64,000 bases of DNA from Octopus vulgaris (GCA_951406725.2 OX597819.1:64604001-64668000); one strand, 5' to 3'. Counted from the stretch's first letter, positions 1-13,094 are shown. Numbers and translations: made by a program. Notes: generated by a model from the sequence alone, not told the origin.

Positions 1-665
1 TCGGTATCGCGGTCCTTGATGTCCTGTCTGATGACTGATCTGACATTTGTTTTCACTTGCCAATGAAGTATCAACGGTGACAATAGGAGACGGGTCTGTT
101 TGTTTAGGGTTAGCTATTTTCCGAATGGATATATTTGGCTATATAATTTGCTTCAATTTTTTTTTGTAGCGACGTTTCCGTGCGTAAATTTTTACCGGTG
201 TTTTAAACTGAATGTTTAATTTGCTCCTTTTTATATTCGTGTCTACGAAGTGGTTTTGTTTTTGTTTGGTTCCGTGTCGGTCGCTCGTGACAGGTATATT
301 TCTTTTATTTTCTCTCTGTCTTCGCATGTGCCCTGTAGGCATTATTGATGTTGCTTTAAAATATTAGCATATGCACATAGATGCATGGACAGATGCATCC
401 ATAATTATTCAACTTAGGTAGTTAGTGTGTAATTAGTGAGTTTTTCCAGGTTTCCTGGTTCTGTTTTCCAAGTCTTGCGTATGTCATATTCAGATACCGC
501 GCATTCAATAAAGATAAAACACTATATAATAATTAGAAATTTCCGATTTTTTAGTTCCTTTGCTTTGACAGAACTTTTCCCCGGTTGCATTGGGAAGTTT
601 TCCTTCCACTGCACCGATGATATTGGATTCAGTTAGAGAGAGAGAGAGTCTTAGTATATGTCCAC

Positions 666-678
666 ATTATTATTAAGC

Positions 679-754
<76 letters not shown>

Positions 755-795
755 GTTGTTGTTCTTCTTCTTCTTCTTCTTGTTATTATTATTTA
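666..795. repeat. (TTA)n microsatellite grading into (TTG)/(TTC); 3' flank of a Dong/R4 copy
   Basis: Direct reading of the repeat. Confidence 0.95.
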
Positions 796-799
796 TTTT

Positions 800-1928
800 C
801 TTTGCACAGCTTGTAATGCTGGTGATGTACTACGGTCCTAGCTGTTCACTACCAGTGAACTAAGGTAACACCTCTTATTTTCGAGTGGTTCCAAGCAGTG
901 TTGTTTTCTGCAAGTATCCCACCCTTATTGCATCCCCTATTTGTTGCATGTACCTCTCAAGATTTTTGCTCACTGATCCCAGGCATCCGACAATTATTAG
1001 TATTACTACCATCTTTTTCAGCAACAACAACAGCTTAACCTCCCAAGCTAACCAGTCATCTCTATCGACTTTTCTTTCTTCCTTATCGCATACCTTGTCA
1101 GCTAGGTATGGTATATCTATGATCCAACATCGTTTGCTTTCTTTCTCAATTAACACTATGTCTGGTTTCCTATTCTTAATCCCATGGTCGCACAGAATCA
1201 TAAAATCCCATGGGAACTCTGCATTATCATTTTCAATGATGCCTTCGGATTTATCTTCGTACCACCTTTTTGCTCTTTCAAGTTTATACATTTGCAACGT
1301 GTTCAATGGACAATTCTTGCTATATTGCCATGACGTCTCTTATACTCTTTCTGGGCTACTGGCGTACATTGACTGGTAATATGCAATACGGTTTCACTAT
1401 TTTCACCAAATTTCTGTATTTATCACTTTCTGATATATTGTCTATTCTGTATTTGATGTAATTCGTTCTTAATGCTTGCACTTATGCAGCATAAATTAGA
1501 GCCTCCCTTCCCGGTTTTAAATCACATTTAGTCATCCATAATCATCCTTTTTTTCTGTCTGCCTTATTATCAACATCCATATGAAATTGTCCATGCATTC
1601 TTTTCATTATCCACCTATTTTCAGTGTTATTCAAGTGCTTGTACAGTGCTCCATCTGTGCAATCTCCCATCCTACACAAGCCTGACATTCTTACTTCCAA
1701 TAGTAGTGGTTCTGTGGAATTTTTTACATACCATGCTATGTTGTTTTCCGCTGCTCTAATGCTTTGTTCGCATCCACTCAGTCCTGATCCTTCACATTTT
1801 CTTTGTCACTTTTGTGGTGGAGTATCCCATATCTTGTCATCAAATTCCTTGTCTGTCTCTCTAAGATATTTACTTCGTTTACTGTCCATGCGATTACCTC
1901 TGCTCCATTTCTTAGTGAAACCGCCCAG

Positions 1929-1930
<2 letters not shown>
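800..1930 (-). mobile_element. 5'-truncated R4/Dong-clade non-LTR retrotransposon (post-RT region, CCHC knuckle, restriction-like endonuclease, 3' UTR), decayed
   Basis: Minus-strand translation gives ETVLHITSQC...RRHGNIARIVH, KRWYEDKSEG and KPDIVLIEKESKRCWIIDIP (PD..D RLE motif), ending LQKTTLLGT. Contains frameshifts. (TAA)n on both sides. Confidence 0.88.
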
Positions 1931-2018
<88 letters not shown>

Positions 2019-2150
2019 AATGTTATTAATATTATTATTATTACTATTATTATTATTATTATTATTATTATTTTATGTATGTACACACACACACACACCC
2101 CCCACACACACCCCCCACACACACACACACACGCCCCCCCACACACACAC
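1929..2150. repeat. (TTA)n tract followed by (CA)n
   Basis: Direct reading. Confidence 0.95.
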
Positions 2151-2151
2151 A

Positions 2152-2346
2152 CGTAAGTCACTCCATCAAATCGACCTTTTCTGAATAGGAGCACAGTGTA
2201 TCACGCGTCTTATGTCAAAGTGATTGCAGAATAACGTGAGATGAAGGCTTTGCTCAAGAACAGAACCCACCGCCCGGTCAAGGTTTTAAACCACGATGTC
2301 GTCGTAGCGAGTACAACACCCTAACAAACTAGGCCTTGCGTCCTCT
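2152..2346 (-). mobile_element. Degenerate tRNA-derived SINE, 5' portion
   Basis: The reverse complement begins with an A-box-like GGCCTAGTTTGTTAGGG, a decayed B box and a TGTTCTTGAGCAAAG core. Head resembles the SINE at 8113. Confidence 0.6.
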
Positions 2347-2795
2347 CACGCGCACACAACAGCAACAACACGCACACACGCACGCACGCACGCACACATA
2401 CAGACGCAAACACGCGCACGCTTATAGAAGCGAAGATGTGTGTGCGAGCATATATGTATACGCATGAATTTGTGTGCACGTATACACATAAACACTCGTA
2501 TATTCATACACATACAACTACATAAACACTCGTCCATGCTTACAGCAATGCCACATCCCTACAAAACCACATATACGAAAAATATATTGATTCACCAGGA
2601 ATTCTTTCACCCGCTGTCAATTAAACCTTTCAAGAACAGATGGATTTTTGGAGTGGATAACTGTTAAAGCAATTGTTTACAATCAATGTTTGAAGTATCG
2701 CAATTAAATCCACACATCGTCTGCTATTACCTATGGATATGTTGTACAAATGAGATATACGTACTATGTAGCTAAGTATGAAGTATATCCAATAG

Positions 2796-2796
2796 T

Positions 2797-2843
<47 letters not shown>

Positions 2844-2916
2844 GATTTCACATATACATATATATAGTTATATATGTATATATATATATAAATATATGTG
2901 TATATGTATATATATC

Positions 2917-2985
<69 letters not shown>

Positions 2986-3028
2986 ACACACACACACACA
3001 TATCTATATATATATATATATATATATA
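2796..3028. repeat. Compound (TA)n/(CA)n microsatellite
   Basis: Direct reading. Confidence 0.95.
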
Positions 3029-3423
3029 TGGCTAGCAGCAACAGCATTCCCACTGGAATCACCACCTGACCTAATTCTACTGAATACTACTGTGGCAAGC
3101 CAATACTTACTACCGCTTCAACAATATCCTGCTCCTGCTACTACATTGGAATAACCTTGTTTGATAGCACTATCGGACCATATTTCTGCTATCCCTACAG
3201 TTGCAAGCCAAGGTTCACTGCCGCTTCAACAACAACAACACCAACAACAATAGTCTGCTATTGCTCCAGCTACTACAATAGGACCGCTGGCCAATTATTC
3301 CGCCATTATATAACACCTCTACTATGCCCATGTCAAAAATCCTGTCATTACCATTCTCAATGTAACTGTAGATTTGGCCCAAATAGCACCAACAACAATG
3401 GACGCTGCCCAAACTGCTGACGG

Positions 3424-3912
3424 CTTCACCCCAAAGTCTTTAGTGGTCTGTCAGGTCACAACAAGGACCTCAGACTTTCTAAGAGATGTGCGCTGTGCTC
3501 AATAATGCTGCTTTTTGCAAGATATCAAACTTGCAGGGGATTTCCAGTTGCCCTAAGAAGTCTTGAAGTTTCAATGTGATTGAGCTCTAATAACCACTGG
3601 TATCACTTACATTACCCTCTCGCATTCTATACGGTCTTGCCATTTCCACTTTCAATTCGGGGATTTTTTCAACCTCTTTACTCACAGTAATCATGTTATT
3701 TGGTATGGCTACATCAATGATCTGACAACATTTGTCTGTGTTACTCAATATGACAATATCCGGCCGACTATATTCGAGTAGACGATCCGTTTGAAAATCA
3801 TAGTTCCAGAGTATCGTTACTTTTCCATCCTCCTGTATAACTTTACTTGGTACATGCTCATACCAATTCTCTGTTACTTTGCATTGGTATTTACGACATA
3901 AAAGCCAATGAA
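3424..3912 (-). mobile_element. R4/Dong-clade 3' fragment (RLE domain)
   Basis: ORF 3587-3919 contains HWLLCRKY...NWYEHVP...ILWNYDFQTDR...SRPDIVI...IIDVAIP. Downstream ILQKAALLSTAH. The 5' end abuts the (TTA)/(TAG)n tract at 3925-4080. Confidence 0.85.
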
Positions 3913-3924
3913 GATACACTCACT

Positions 3925-4034
3925 TTATTGTTATTGTTTTTGTTATTATTATTATTATCATCATCATCACCATTACTATTATTATTATTATTATTATTAT
4001 TATTAGCAGCAGCAGCAGCAGCAGCAGTAGTAGC

Positions 4035-4080
<46 letters not shown>
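3925..4080. repeat. Compound trinucleotide microsatellite (TTA/TCA/GCA/GTA)
   Basis: Direct reading. Confidence 0.95.
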
Positions 4081-4081
<1 letters not shown>

Positions 4082-4639
4082 CCGTGGTGATGTCGGTTTT
4101 ATTTGTAGCAACTAGCAACAGTTTCATTGGCGGCTGTTTAATTGTTTTCTCATACATACTTTCATGCCCTGTGTTGTCTGTGTCTCTGAATCTTGTTTGT
4201 GCTTGTTTTTGCCGTACAACTTGGGCAAGGAAACTTATACGAGACGTTTGTGGTTTGTTATGTCATCTTCTGTGAGTTACTGAAAGCCAAAAGTCCTAAT
4301 GTGTGCCGATGTGGTAATTTTGTTTAAAATCTTTGTGTTGTCGGTTACGTAATGTTTTTTAGTTGTTGATACTTTGGCGTTTATTTTCTAAGTTTTGTGT
4401 AAGTGTTGCGGTGTCAGTTTAAAGGAACATTGATTAACAGAACAGATGTATATATTCATCCACTGATTTGTAGTTTAATGTTTTAATCAAAATTCTCTGT
4501 GCCATATCTACTTGTTTGTTGTCCAGTCTTTTTTATATTTCTATTATTTTTATTACACCACCTCTGATATAAAGGAAGACTTCTTGAAGAGAAGTAACAA
4601 TTGTATTGTGAAACCCCTGCTTCATTGTTAATGTATCCA

Positions 4640-5024
4640 CAAACACACACACACACACATACACACATGTAAATACATATATGTATGTGCCTGTGTAGGT
4701 GTATGCATTATCAGCTATACCTTCGTTCCTTGTGTGTGTTTTTCTCTCTGAAATTTGCTGTTTTGTCTCTTGTATTTACATATATGTGTGTGTGTGTGTG
4801 TGTATGTATGTTTATGCGCACACACTTGCCCACACACGCACACACATACATACAATTATACATATATGCGTGTATATAATACCTATGCACACACACACAT
4901 ATATGTGTGTAATTATGTGTGTATATCTGTGTAAATCATATATATATATACATGTGTGTGTGTGCGTGTGTTTGTATATGTGTGTATATATATATATATA
5001 TGTATGTATATATATATATATGTA

Positions 5025-5061
<37 letters not shown>

Positions 5062-5090
5062 TTATGTGTGTGTGTTTGTGTGTATATATA
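4640..5090. repeat. Compound (CA)/(TG)/(TA) microsatellite field
   Basis: Direct reading. Confidence 0.9.
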
Positions 5091-6118
5091 AAAATATTGC
5101 ACTGTTTATAAATCATATTGTTTGTTGTTGCATAGTACATAATTCATGCTCATTTCCCTGTAACTGAGGCGCACTACATTTAGATAAATACAAACACTTT
5201 GATAGATTTCATGTGTTACGATTTAAATGCACTCATTATTTTCCTGTCTAGTCTGTCTAGTGGTACCATATTGCGAGTATTATATTCATATACTGTTAGT
5301 AATATATGTAAACAATTACTTATCCGTTTGTATTTAACGCATACTTAAGTAATAATGTACAAAGTGTTCAAATCCATTCTCAATTTTTGTACATTGGACT
5401 TTCGTTTTTATCCATTTTAAAGTTATTCTGTATCCGTTGTGTCTACATCTTTCATATAGATTATTTAAGTCACAAATGGGGTAAATTGGCTTATTCTGTA
5501 TAGCTATATATTGTACATATAATAATGTATTAAATATTCCTGCAAGTTTGAAATATGTAACCTTTTCAGAATTCACATGTATGGAATACCAATAAAGCCC
5601 TTCAAATAATTTTAGTGGTTAAACCACGTGAAAATGTGCATCGATGCAGCAAAGCCACTATTGGTTTCTTCATAAACTGATAGGCCTGCGCAGTATAATT
5701 TCAGACAGATGTTTGCTAATGTGTAGTAACAATGTCCTTTATATAATGTATCATACAATATATGACTAGATAAATTTGTAATACTACATAAATATTTTAT
5801 CATTTAGAGAGGGGTAATGGATTCCTTAAATAAATAACGCTATTTGTTGCATTTCTCTGCAGGTGAAAATGCACTATTCGTTTGGATAACATTTTTATGT
5901 ACATATATGATATATGAGCAATATGATATGGCAAATTTTAACATCATGTTGTAAACATTAATTACATTGTAAATGATGTAATCATACACAATTGTAAACA
6001 GATTTTCCCACATATATGTTATATGAGGATGTGCAATGGAAAATGAATATCTTATATTGTTCGCATTTTAGTATATTCTGCTTTTCATAATAACAAATAG
6101 ATGTCAGCCTATGTTTCG

Positions 6119-7519
6119 CAGTGAAGAGTTTGGTTGTGTTGTCAGAAACATTTAGTGTTCTCTGAAGAGGAAAGAAAGCTGTGCAATTTTAATGACAATA
6201 AGGAAATACCATTCAACGCACCAAAGGCACACATATGTAGCCATGACTCGGAAACGGAAGCCTACATTAAATATGACTTCTTAGTAACAATATTTTCTAT
6301 TGTAAGCACGCAGTGATCTGATGTTAGATGCAGGAGTTATCGTACTTCCATATTATTTTATGCAGTCCATCCCCAAAATACTCAAAGGCAATTTTAATCT
6401 TGATGCAATATGCACAAGGAAAAATAAACATCCAAATGTAAAGGTTAAACATTTTGCCGAACGCTCTCAGATTTCTGCTTATACTCTACTAGTGTTCTAG
6501 TTATATGTTATATTTTGTATTAATTACTTACTAATGTTCGTTTTTTTCATGCCTTTTTGTATTTCCTTTTGTAATATCGTAGGTTTAGCCTTTTACATCT
6601 TTTGCATTGCAGTATTCAGTAACACAGGATTGGTAGTGATCTTGGTAATTTAGAAATATAGAGTGTAAATAAAATATTTCAGTTATATAAAACAGACTAT
6701 TTGATGAACTTCCATTATTGAGGGCAGTGTTAGGTAATTATACTTCTTTCTTACAATATTAAAATTAAAAACAAATTTCACATCGGCTTCGGGGATTTTA
6801 TCATACAAAATTGAGTTTTAATTTTAACGTCAGGTAAAATTGACTAAATTAACTTAAGACGGTGTCAGACATGTCAATATCGAATTTCCAAATAGCGATC
6901 GTTTGTAGCTCGAGGGTGGAATACATGCCTGTTGTCAATATAAACTTTGTTTCGATTGAGAGACTTTTTTGCCAGATTTCGTGATATGGAAATGGGTTGT
7001 GAATAATAAATGAGAATTTACCGGAAACTATTGCAATGTATAGATTATAAATAACGAAAAAAGGAAAGAGGTCATATAACACGAAAAAATCATCGCAGCT
7101 TCAGTGTAAGCTTCCTGAAGAAAGGCTCATGATGATAAATGCAAAAAACAACGAGTGGTATCTTTTCCAAGAAAATTAAATAATGACATAAGGAAAAATA
7201 TCATGAATATGTCATCTTCTTAGAGATTACTCTAAATATATATAACGCATTTGATTTTGCTCTCTTGTTGCTGATCTGTAATAAGCAAATTAGTGAATAA
7301 AGAATGAAGAATTTGTTCTTATTTACTGTAAAGGCAACGCTTTCTCATCATTTTCTGCTTAAGGTCAGTATGAAGTAATAGGATGCAAAATCTCACCATC
7401 TTTAAGTTTTTCTATATTGCAATACAATTGGCCATTTAGCCATCTTTGAAACACGGACAATACTTACGATTGACAGTGATGAGTTTGGTTGTGTTGTCAG
7501 AAACCTTTAGTGTTCTCTG
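6119..7519 (+). repeat. 46-bp dispersed direct repeat (copies at 6119-6164 and 7474-7519)
   Basis: CAGTGA(A/T)GAGTTTGGTTGTGTTGTCAGAAAC(A/C)TTTAGTGTTCTCTG occurs twice with 2 mismatches. Confidence 0.85.
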
Positions 7520-8112
7520 CATGGGAAAGCGCAAAATGAGCTGAAATGTTCTCTGCTTGGAAGAGACATTTAGAAATTAGTGCAAATGAAACTGCATCTA
7601 TGTAAAACTTGGCTAAGAAAACAAAATGAATAAACATGAAAAAGTAAAAGGATTTCCAAATAAACAGCACAAAAAACTAAAATACGATTAAAATATGTTC
7701 TATACCCAATATCATTTGTACTAGCATTCATCGTAAGTGGTTTTATAGCAACAAGTTAATATATCATAGAGCAAAGCAAACACTATGAAAGTTTCTAGAG
7801 AGAAGGAGTGGAGACGCTGCTCATAAAAAATCTGGTTTTACAGTTCACGAGGAAAATGTGGCATATTGATTCTGCATGGCATGTAGGCAGTTTGTTATTG
7901 TCTTTATGTTTCTCTTGAGATGAAGCAAACTAATGTCATACATATGTTTCAGTTTATATCATCCTACTTATTATTAAATGATTAACGATGCTACGTGTTT
8001 ACAAGATAAATTTTTAATTGGTAGAATACTCAGAGAACACAAAAATTAATATTTGCATATGTTGTTGGCAATTAATCTATAGTCACTGAGTGCGTTTGTA
8101 TTTAAGGTGTGT

Positions 8113-8492
8113 GGAGGGTCAATGGCCCAGTGGTTAGGGCAGCGGACTCGCGGTCGTAGGATCGCGGTTTCGATTCCCAGACCGGGCATTGTGAGTGTTT
8201 ATTGAGCGAAAACGCCTAAAGCTCCACGAGGCTCCGGCAGTGATGGTGGTGATCCCTGCTGTACTCTTTCACCATAACTTTCTCTCACTCTTACTTCCTG
8301 TTTCTGTTGTATCTGTATTTCAAAGGGTCGGCCTTGTCACTCTCTGTGTCACGCTGAATATCCCCGAGAACTACGTTAAGGGTACACGTGTCTGTGGAGT
8401 GCTCAGCCACTTACACGTTAATTTCACGAGCAGGCTGTTCCGTTGATCGGATCAACCGGAACTCTCATCGTCGTAACCGACGGAGTGCTTCC
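8113..8492 (+). mobile_element. Full-length tRNA-derived SINE (tRNA-Arg-like head) with 13-bp target-site duplication
   Basis: A box TGGCCCAGTGG, B-box-like GGTTTCGATTCC, TCG in the anticodon-like loop. Perfect TSD ATTTAAGGTGTGT at 8100-8112 and 8493-8505. Confidence 0.9.
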
Positions 8493-9447
8493 ATTTAAGG
8501 TGTGTAAATGCCTGCTGTTTGATCAGATATATTTATTTAATGAGAAACCCCAAGAAGATATTAATCTAGCGCTGAATATCATATTTTTTTATTCAGCTAT
8601 ACACATATTGCTTGTAGGATTAAGTATAAATTGTGTTACTACACCTGAGTTAAATGTAGTCCTACATTATTTTCTTTCAAGATGACCCGATACTACTTAA
8701 GACAGCGCTGGCTGAGACTCAGCAGGTAGTCGATACATTCAATCTTTCTTGAATCTAGTAATGACAAGAACACAAACAATATGAAATTCGTAAAACCCAC
8801 CTGCATTTATACATATTTATATTTAAGCAACCTGTTAAGATATAATCGTAATCTGCCATAGTGATAAGTGAAAATAAATGGTGCCAGCTCAATTATAATC
8901 ACCAAAATTCTCGCTAGATTAAATTCCTCGAAATAAAAGGAAGAAGAAACATTCCATTACTTTTCTGTTCTCATTAAAAAGAAAACATAATAATGACCCC
9001 TGCACATATCGACGCATGCAGTCGATAAATATAGTTGTTAATTTGAAACAAAATGTGCGATCGATACGCAATGATAGAAATGAATTACATGTTTGAAACC
9101 TGGTGTTGAAAATAAATGTATTTATAACCAACGTATTTGTTACAACATTCGTGTTAATATTTACCTGTTAATTATTTTGTAGGAGCTAGTGATTTGAAGC
9201 AAAAATTAATTGTGTATATAAAAATATTAAATATGTAAATAATACATATAAAAGAACATGAAAGAATATATTCGCTTGTACAACCGTGTACATACAAACC
9301 ATCATCTTTTCAAAAGAGGGGCACATTTAAAGATGTCGTGTATGTTCACACAAATGCACGCACATTCATGCTCACATGCTAAGGTTTTACGTATTGATTC
9401 ATGACACATTTTACAATATATATGGAGTAAAATATTTATATATACAT

Positions 9448-9451
<4 letters not shown>

Positions 9452-9506
<55 letters not shown>

Positions 9507-9545
9507 TGTGTGTGTGTGTGTGTGTGTGTGACTCTGTGTGTATCA
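9452..9545. repeat. (TA)n + (TG)n microsatellite
   Basis: Direct reading. Confidence 0.95.
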
Positions 9546-10180
9546 ATGTATAAATATATGATATAAAGTATATGTATATATGTTTATGTATATGTAGTTA
9601 TACATGTATGTACGTTTGTTTAAATGCAGTTACTCATTCGCCTGCACCATTCCTTACTATGTTTCCTTAGGTGCATTTCATAATGTTCCCTGAGTAGTAA
9701 ATGAACAGAAGCATGTCCCATAAAATAACTTGGCAGCAAAAAGCTTTTACCGAAAGCAATTTAGCAGTTTATGGAAAACTTCAAACCGTTAAATTAATCA
9801 GCGAGAACAACCTACACTATTGTAACATCGCTTTATGTTGTGATCTCTTCAAAAACAAACACGCTTTCATATAAACAGGTACACGTGTATATGAGTATGT
9901 GTTAGATGTACGTCTATACGTGATACTGTATATTTACGTACACGCATAGATTTTTTTTATACGATGCAGTTGATATTAGTTTTATTTCATTTCTGGCATA
10001 TTTTTAGAATTCCTGTGCAAACATGGGTAGCAAGCATGTTTTTAACTTCACGATGCTTATTGATTCATTTCGGTGAAACCCTGATCGCTAAGGTCAAACT
10101 GGTGCAGAACAACCAGTTGAAACACAGACACGCACACACACACACACACACACACGTATATATATGTATATATGTTTATG

Positions 10181-10241
<61 letters not shown>

Positions 10242-10245
<4 letters not shown>

Positions 10246-10460
10246 ATCCAAACATGAAAACACATGAAAACACAAAGAGAAAACACAACAACGCGAGGAC
10301 GTGGAACAAATATAGTATTATTGGACGCTCAGGAAGGAAGGGAAGAAGGAGGGTATTACGTTTCGAGCGGAGCTCTTCGTCAGAAACATAGGAAAAGGAA
10401 AGATCCAGAGAAGGGAAGACGGAGGGAAAAGATCGCCAACGGTACACACGCGGTCACATA
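10242..10460 (-). mobile_element. Short Penelope-like terminal (pLTR) fragment with a minimal hammerhead motif, inserted in (TA)n
   Basis: Minus strand reads GTTT-CTGACGA-A-GAGC TCC GCTC-GAAA-CG-TA-ATAC (10353-10387). Related to the 3' ends of the copies at 22832, 51450 and 54420. Confidence 0.65.
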
Positions 10461-10489
10461 TATATATAAATGTGTATGTATGTGTAAAC

Positions 10490-10850
10490 AGTAAAAAATA
10501 AATACAAACTGGGACAAGAACGTGAAACACCAAGGAGACGACACAAGAACCACAGGACGGGACATTCGAAGCCCTCAGTCATCAGTCAAGAACCAGATCA
10601 TCTTCGCAATTTCGGCTGATTAATCTTGAGATTGCTCCGATCTGGGCAGCCCCCAAGGGAAATCTAAGCCAAGCGCATTAGATCCCTTGGAAGAAAGCTT
10701 CGAATGTATACAACACAAGGACGGAAAACGAACGATGTACACGAATAAAAATACAGAATACCTGAAAACAATAAGGAAAGCACGAATAAGAATACAAAAA
10801 CGTAAAAACAAAAACGGTAAGGATAAAATACAAAACAAAACCAGGACGTA
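10490..10850 (-). mobile_element. Small non-coding element carrying a rearranged hammerhead, inside a TA/CA microsatellite
   Basis: Non-coding, bounded by microsatellites, with a highly structured core at 10562-10707. Confidence 0.55.
10562..10707 (-). ncRNA. Non-circularly permuted (pseudoknotted) hammerhead ribozyme candidate
   Basis: Minus strand: GGCTG-c-CCAGATC-gga-GCAA-TC-TCAAGA-ttaat-CAGCC-GAAA-TTGC-gaagat-GATCTGG-t-TCTTGA-CTGATGA. All core nucleotides and stems I, II and III are present, in rearranged order. Closed by the 11-bp stem ACATTCGAAGC/GCTTCGAATGT. Confidence 0.7.
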
Positions 10851-10863
10851 ATATATATATATG

Positions 10864-10913
<50 letters not shown>

Positions 10914-10914
<1 letters not shown>

Positions 10915-12199
10915 GAGGGGCGTTCAATAAGTAATGCCCCTGACCCACTTCCCATAGCAGTAGAGCGACAAAACTTGGCACAGTTATTAGTCTTTTTCTA
11001 CATAGGAACCACCCAGGGTTACGCATTTCTCCCATTGTTTGATGCAGCTCTGGAGACCGTTTTTATAGAAGACCCCAGCTTGGTCCTCCAACCTGAACGC
11101 GACTTCAGAAATCAAGGCTGCATCATCTGGGAAACGCTTTCTTTTCAAAAACAACTTCATGACTGGGAAGAGGTGAAAATCAGAGGGTGCAAGGTCACGA
11201 AAGTAGGAGGATGGGGGAGGGGTTCATAGCCAAATGCCTGTGCTTCTGATCTGGCGACAAGCGAGTTGTGGACCGGAGCGTTGTCCTGCAGGAGGAGGAT
11301 GCCTTTGCTGATCTTGGCCTCTTGATTTTGATAACTTCTCTTAATTTCCTCAAAAGTGAAGCATAATAGGCTCCTGCATTTGTGGTACCCTTTGCCAGGA
11401 AATCTGTCATCACTACTCCATCCTGGTCCCAGAAGACTGTGAGCATGACCTTGCCAGCGGAGGGCTGCACCCTTGCCTTCTTTGGAGGGGTGAGTCACGG
11501 TGCTTCCACTGCATTGACTGGGCTTTGGTCTCTGGATTATAGTGATGGACCCAGGTTCCATCCTGTCTAATCAGTCTTTTGAAAAATTTTGATTCATCTT
11601 CTTGGCACATCTCCAAATTCACCCTCGAGCACTCGACGCGTTCTTGCTTCTGGAAAGGCGTGAGCAACCTGGGAATCCATCTGGCAGATACCTTTTGCAT
11701 ATGCAAATGGTCATGAATGATAGTTTCCACAGACGCGGTACTAATCTTGACCTCATGGGCTATTTGGCGAATAGTTATGCGTCGATCTTCGAAAATGGCA
11801 GCCTCAACTTGACGGACAGATGCCTTATCACTGGCAGAAGGGGGCGACCAGATCTGGGAGCTGTTTCCACAGAGTTTCGACCATGTTTGAATTCACGATG
11901 CCAGCGTTTTACAAGGTCATATGATGGGGCATCATCACCATAAGTTACTTTTATTTCATCAAAAGTCTCCCGTGGTGTGCGTCCTTTCAAATACAAAAAC
12001 CGGATCACTACTCGACACTCAACAGGCTCCATTTAACACTTGACTCGGTTCAAACACCTGTAAATCAGAAACCACAATTAATTCAGCGCTGTAAGTTTCC
12101 ACTTACTCTATAGAGATATAAATGATTGCACATGCAAAATTTCAGCTGGATGAAACAACTGCAAGTGGGTCAGAGGCATTACTTATTGAGCGTCCCTCG
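10914..12199 (-). mobile_element. Full-length mariner DNA transposon (1286 bp) in (TA)n
   Basis: TIRs CGAGGGGCGTTCAATAAGTAATGCCCCTGACCCACTT / AAGTGGGTCAGAGGCATTACTTATTGAGCGTCCCTCG, each flanked by TA. Confidence 0.95.
10987..12032 (-). pseudogene. Frameshifted mariner transposase
   Basis: HTH N-terminus (VIRFLYLKG...RSGRP), WIPRLLT motif, DGTWVHHY (D1), LLQDNAPVH (D2), C-terminus WEKCVTLGGSYVEKD. Split over several frames. Confidence 0.92.
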
Positions 12200-12205
12200 T
12201 ATATA

Positions 12206-12279
<74 letters not shown>

Positions 12280-12499
12280 ATCAATATAGGGTGGCAAAAA
12301 AATTTTGTAGAATTTTTTTGCCACCAGCGGCCTAGTGGGAACAAATTAAATAGTCATAGACCATTTATAAGTTCAACATCACAATCAAGGAACGGCCATA
12401 ATAGGCCATTCACCCACTAGAAATAACAGCCAAAGCTTCAACCGCAAAATAACATTAATTCCGCAAACCAGGAGAAAATTAAAAAACATTTACCCTGTA

Positions 12500-12606
12500 A
12501 TTTCTTATACGATGCACCGTTTCATCTATTGTTTAATGGTAAACTAACCTGATTAAATTAAATCAAGCCAATCTTCCATAGGCCCTTAGATTCGTCAGTA
12601 AGAAAT
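12500..12606 (-). ncRNA. Type I hammerhead ribozyme, copy 1
   Basis: Minus: ATTTCTTA-CTGACGA-ATCTA...long stem II...TAGAT-GAAA-CGGTGCATCG-TA-TAAGAAAT. Canonical core, GUA cleavage triplet, 8-bp stem I. Confidence 0.9.
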
Positions 12607-12987
12607 AGCCAGATCGGAACAGATATTTTCACGAGGCACTTCTGTCCCTGCCTCGGCAATATCTGACCTAAAATTTTCAAATCATCGCACTCGCGCCAAA
12701 TTTATCGGCAGCAAATAAATATAAGCCGCCGATTTCATTACGGAATCAACCAGAAAATTCATAATTAATCAATATAGGGTGCCAAAATAATTTTGTAGAA
12801 TTTTTTTGCCACCAGCGGCCTAGTGGGAAAAAATTAAATAGTCATAGACCATTTATAAGTTCAACATCACAATCAAGGAACGGCCATAATAGGCCATTCA
12901 CCCACTAGAAATAACAGCCAAAGCTTCAACCGCAAAATAACATTAATTCCGCAAACCAGGAGAATATTAAAAAACATTTACCCTTTA

Positions 12988-13094
12988 ATTTCTTATACGA
13001 TGCACCGTTTCATCTATTGTTTAATGGTAAACTAACCTGATTAAATTAAATCAAGCCAATCTTCCATAGGCCCTTAGATTCGTCAGTAAGAAAT
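12988..13094 (-). ncRNA. Type I hammerhead ribozyme, copy 2
   Basis: Same intact motif as copy 1, 488 bp away. Confidence 0.9.

Noticed and set aside
1-640. Possible decayed LINE ORF1 with PHD-like cysteines on the - strand (similar hint at 4080-4480, FPCPSC)
   Set aside because: Too degenerate to support a call by eye.
6162-6185. CTGAAGA...GAAA hammerhead-like words
   Set aside because: Stems II and III cannot be formed.
8113-8185. tRNA-Arg gene
   Set aside because: No proper acceptor stem; it is the head of a TSD-flanked SINE.
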